The notes beneath the pieces are model-generated. The model was not told the DNA's origin. It made no database searches and saw nothing but the letters and a program-made list of their open reading frames with translations. From an uncultured Solirubrobacterales bacterium (lineage in GTDB: Bacteria; Actinomycetota; Thermoleophilia; Solirubrobacterales; 70-9), in assembly GCA_963837695.1 (NCBI GenBank), contig CAWINZ010000005.1, forward strand, positions 220,155-284,154: a stretch of 64,000 bases of DNA, written 5' to 3'. This document shows, piece by piece, positions 60,941 to 64,000 of this stretch; the first letter of the stretch is position 1; every line of letters begins with the position of its first letter. Made by a program: the position numbers and the translations under genes.

Positions 60941-60999
60941 GCCTTGAAAGCCGTTAGGCGTCGCAAGGCGTCTCGTGGGTTCGGGTCCCACCCCCTCCG
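60941..60999 (+). repeat. direct repeat of the tRNA-Ser(TGA) 3' part (distal att)
   Basis: gccttgaaagccgttaggcgtcgcaaggcgtctcgtgggttcgGGtcccaccccctccg, against ..ttcgAAtccc.. in the tRNA. Confidence 0.85.
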
Positions 61000-61240
61000 C
61001 TCATAGAGCGAATCTGGATCTACAGAGGGGTGCGGGGCGTCCGTGAGGCCGCATCTGAATCCGGTTGTCTCCGGCAAGCCGCTCGGCCACCGGGTCGCGC
61101 CCCAATCCGGGTCGCATCGGCGCATGGAGACGCTCGGGCGTCCGCCGTTGCCCCGAGGGAGAGCCCGCGCCGGGGGCTCTCGTCAAAACGAGAGCCGGCC
61201 CGAACGCAGGAATGGCGCCGGCACGGCCGAACCTGCTGAG

Positions 61241-61954
61241 ATGAACCGTGAGCGGTGGCGCCGGCGTGCACAGCGGGCCAGGGACGCCTTCGGGCTGGTG
61301 CTCCTGCTGGTCCTGACGACCTACGTGCTCGCCTCGGTGCTCTCCAACCGCGGCTGGTCGGCTGTGCTGCTGACGATCGTCACCGGCGCCACCTCGGTGG
61401 TCGCCCTGACCAGCTCCCACGCCCGCCCGGTCTTCGTCCGCCGGGCGCTGATCCTGACCGCAGTCGCGACCCTGCTGGCCTTCGTCTCGGCGGCATTCGG
61501 AGGCCGGCTCGGCCTCAACGCCGCCAACTTCATCTCGATCGGCCTGCTGGCGGTGGCGATGGCGGCCGTCCTGCAGCGTGTGATCACCGCCGACAACGTC
61601 TCCTCCCGCACGATCCTCGGCGCGATCAGCGTCTACACCTCGCTCGGCATCCTCTTCACCTGGGCCTATGGCCTGATCGACCGGATCGAAGGCGGCGGCT
61701 TCTTCGGCGCCGACGTCACCACCAAGGGCAGCGACTTCCTCTTCTTCAGCTACACCACCCTGACCACCACCGGCTACGGGGACCTGGTCCCCGTCGGGCA
61801 GGTGGGCCGCATGGTCTCCGGGCTGGAGATGATGCTCGGCCAGATCTTCCTCGTCACCCTCGTCGCCGGCCTGGTCAGCCTCTGGAAGCCGGGCGAAGGG
61901 CTGCTGCACCGGCGGGCCAAGCGGACCGGCGAAGAGCCGGAAGTCAGCCGCTGA
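61241..61954 (+). CDS. potassium-channel family protein
   Basis: ORF trimmed to MNRERW. Selectivity filter TTLTTTGYGD between TM helices. Confidence 0.75.
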   Translation: MNRERWRRRAQRARDAFGLVLLLVLTTYVLASVLSNRGWSAVLLTIVTGATSVVALTSSHARPVFVRRALILTAVATLLAFVSAAFGGRLGLNAANFISIGLLAVAMAAVLQRVITADNVSSRTILGAISVYTSLGILFTWAYGLIDRIEGGGFFGADVTTKGSDFLFFSYTTLTTTGYGDLVPVGQVGRMVSGLEMMLGQIFLVTLVAGLVSLWKPGEGLLHRRAKRTGEEPEVSR

Positions 61955-62279
61955 GCACCGATCCGAGCTCGGCGAGCTGCTCTTCCATCGCCGCGCAGAG
62001 TCGGTCGCAGAGCTCCAGCACAGCCGGGTCGGCGATCCGGTAGAGCGAGCTGGTCCCCTGCTTGCGGCGGCTGAGGAATCCCTCCGCCTGCAGGGCCGAG
62101 AGATGCTTGGAGACGTTCTGCTGCGAGGTGCCAAGCACCTCGGTGAGCTCGCCCACGGAGGCCTCGTCGCGGTGGCGCAGGATGTCGAGGATGCGCAGGC
62201 GCGTCGGGTCAGAGAGGGCGTGGAAGCGGCGCGCGATCAGCTCGGCAGCGTCGACGTCGAGTGGGCTTTTCATCGTCAT
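61944..62279 (-). CDS. ArsR/SmtB-family transcriptional regulator
   Basis: FHALSDPTRLRILDIL and VGELTEVLGTSQQNVSKHLSAL motifs. The listed start is TTG; the ATG at 62279 is preferred. Confidence 0.8.
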   Translation of the reverse strand: MTMKSPLDVDAAELIARRFHALSDPTRLRILDILRHRDEASVGELTEVLGTSQQNVSKHLSALQAEGFLSRRKQGTSSLYRIADPAVLELCDRLCAAMEEQLAELGSVLSG

Positions 62280-62297
62280 TGTGTTATGGTCCAATCC

Positions 62298-62313
62298 ACA
62301 ACTGTAAAGTTGT
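62298..62313. promoter_or_regulatory. AT-rich inverted repeat ACAACT-gtaa-AGTTGT in the ArsR/MMPL divergent promoter; possible operator
   Basis: Read directly. A third ACAAC half-site follows at 62322-62326. Confidence 0.3.
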
Positions 62314-62343
62314 TAACGTGTACAACGTAAGAAAAGGATAGCG

Positions 62344-64000
62344 ATGCCCACGGTTGCCCCGGCCCGCCCCGCCCAGCGCAAGGCCCCAGATGGGCGAGCC
62401 CCGATGAAGCTCGGCCCGATCGGCCGCCTCGGCCGCTTCGCCGCTTCCCAGCCCCGCTGGGTCTTCGTCGCCTGGGTGGCGATAGCGGTCGGGCTGGGTG
62501 CGCTTGCGCCCCGGGTCGAGACGGCCCTCTCGGGCGCCGGTTGGCAGGCAAACGGCTCGCAGTCCGTCGCCGCGCGCGAAGCGGTCGACCGCGCCTTCGC
62601 CGGCGGCGGCGCCTACGCACTTCAGGTAGCCGTCCACTCCGAGGACCTGACCGTCGCCGACCCGGCCTTCCGCCGCAGCCTGCGGCGCGCGGAGCGCCTG
62701 CTCGCCGCCGACCCGGCGGTGAGCCGGGTGATCCCGCCGCGCCCCGGGCTCTCGATCTCGGCCGGCGGACACACCGCGGTGATCCGCGCGGGCGCCGCCA
62801 AGGATCCCAATGAAATGGTCGCCGCCGCCACCGGCCTCAAGGGCCCGCTCGGCGGGAGCGCCGCGGCCGGCGTCGAGACCAACTTGACCGGCGCCGCCGG
62901 CATGTGGTCGGACTTCAACGAAGCGAACAAAAACGCGATGCTGAAATCGGAGGTCATCTCCTGGCCCGTCACCCTGGCGATCCTCCTCCTCGCCTTCGGC
63001 TCGCTGGTCGCCGCCGGCCTGCCGCTGATGCTGACGATCACCGGGCTGGTCGCCTCGGCCGGCGTCCTCTTCCTGGCGACCCTGATCGCCCCGGTCTCGA
63101 TCTGGGCGATGAACTTCGCGCTGATGTTCGCCCTGGCGCTGGGCATCGACTACGCCCTCTTCATCGTCATGCGCTTTCGCAACGCGCACTTCGGTCAGCG
63201 CCTCGACCCGGTCGAGGCGGTCGCGGCGACGATGGACACGGCCGGGAAGGCGGTCGTCTTCTCGGCGCTGACCGTGCTGATCTCACTCTCGGCGGTGATG
63301 CTCGTGCCGAGTCCCGCCTTCCGCTCGGTCTCGCTGGGAATCATGATCGCCGTCCTCTTCGTGCTGGCGGCGACGCTGACCCTGCTGCCCGCGGTGCTGG
63401 CAAAGCTCGGCCCGCGCGTCGACAAGCTCAGCCTGCCGTGGGCGCACGGCGGCGACCACCGCTCGGCCCGCTTTGCCGGCTGGGGCGAGCGGCTCTGGCG
63501 TCGTCCCTACCTCTACGGCGGCGGCGCGGCGCTGGCCCTCGTCCTGCTGGCGCTGCCGGTGCTGGGCCTGAAGACCGGCATGCCGTCGATCAAGGTCGTC
63601 CCCAAGGGGGATCACTCACGACTCGGCTACGAAGAGGTGGTGAACGGGTTCGGGCCGGGTGCGCCCGGCGGGCTCCAGGTCGTCTCGCCGGCGGGCGAGT
63701 CGCGCCGGGTGGCCGCGGTGCTGAGATCCGACCCGGGCATCGCCGCCACGCTGCCGGCGCAGGCGAACCGGCGGCAAGACGTCGCCCTGATCGAGGCGAT
63801 TCCGGCCAGCGACCCGTCGGCGCCCGGACTGGGCGCCACCGTCGACCGCCTGCGCACGACGCTGCCGGCGGGCGCCCTCGTCGGCGGAGGGGCGGCCGAA
63901 AACCACGACCTCGAAGCGGCGCTGAGCGCGAAGACGCCGCTGGCGATCGGCGTCGTCCTCGCCCTCGGCTTCCTGCTGCTGCTGGTCGCCTTCCAGGCGC
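62344..64000 (+). CDS. MMPL-family (RND-type) membrane transporter (3' end leaves the window)
   Basis: Own translation: ..GRLGRFAASQPRWVFVAWVAIAV.., ..AMLKSEVISWPVTLAILLLAFGSLVAAGLPL.., ..FALALGIDYALFIV.RFR... Absent from the ORF track because there is no stop in the window. Confidence 0.8.
   Translation, partial: MPTVAPARPAQRKAPDGRAPMKLGPIGRLGRFAASQPRWVFVAWVAIAVGLGALAPRVETALSGAGWQANGSQSVAAREAVDRAFAGGGAYALQVAVHSEDLTVADPAFRRSLRRAERLLAADPAVSRVIPPRPGLSISAGGHTAVIRAGAAKDPNEMVAAATGLKGPLGGSAAAGVETNLTGAAGMWSDFNEANKNAMLKSEVISWPVTLAILLLAFGSLVAAGLPLMLTITGLVASAGVLFLATLIAPVSIWAMNFALMFALALGIDYALFIVMRFRNAHFGQRLDPVEAVAATMDTAGKAVVFSALTVLISLSAVMLVPSPAFRSVSLGIMIAVLFVLAATLTLLPAVLAKLGPRVDKLSLPWAHGGDHRSARFAGWGERLWRRPYLYGGGAALALVLLALPVLGLKTGMPSIKVVPKGDHSRLGYEEVVNGFGPGAPGGLQVVSPAGESRRVAAVLRSDPGIAATLPAQANRRQDVALIEAIPASDPSAPGLGATVDRLRTTLPAGALVGGGAAENHDLEAALSAKTPLAIGVVLALGFLLLLVAFQA

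Larger units (their letters stand above)
59777..60999. mobile_element. decayed ~1.2 kb integrative-element remnant at tRNA-Ser(TGA)
   Basis: The 59-nt direct repeats (59777-59835 and 60941-60999) differ only at two T-loop positions. They enclose an integrase fragment and a low-GC gene. Confidence 0.7.

Overview
Very GC-rich, Actinomycetota-like chromosomal segment; taxon not determinable from this window. Most of it is ordinary core genome. This includes a Ser/Thr kinase, a TolB-like protein and an FHA protein, a pentose-phosphate cluster (rpiA, pgl, gnd, zwf), efeU-efeB-efeO iron uptake and recQ. It also includes several MFS transporters, LtrA, an aldo/keto reductase, pyruvate kinase, a P450, a lactone oxidase, a K+ channel and an ArsR/MMPL pair.

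The accessory part is an ~18 kb tandem array of integrative elements at tRNA-Arg(ACG), 33.2-51.5 kb. A 41-42 nt copy of the tRNA 3' half recurs four to five times. Two elements share an almost identical backbone: tyrosine integrase, 12-bp tandem repeats, two XRE HTH genes, an SSB-like OB-fold gene and a 134-aa gene. Each carries different, visibly lower-GC cargo directly behind the integrase 3' end.

The most interesting cargo is a gene pair at 43100-47415. One gene is a 715-aa fusion of an unknown N-domain, a GNMT-like SAM methyltransferase and a class III nucleotide cyclase. The other is a 666-aa protein ending in a coiled coil and two TM helices. I read this as a candidate non-canonical cyclic-nucleotide (Pycsar-like) defence system. 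The sister element carries a 323-aa protein with a deoxyribosyltransferase/TIR-like C-terminal domain.

The array also holds VapBC modules, a MazEF remnant, a frameshifted MNT nucleotidyltransferase, and an XRE gene with the same frameshift in both backbone copies. Elsewhere there is a decayed island at tRNA-Ser(TGA) with 59-nt direct repeats, a small low-GC islet after recQ with a duplicated small gene, two families of long palindromic intergenic repeats, and a 26-bp perfect inverted repeat.

All functional calls come from motif reading by eye. No database search was run.
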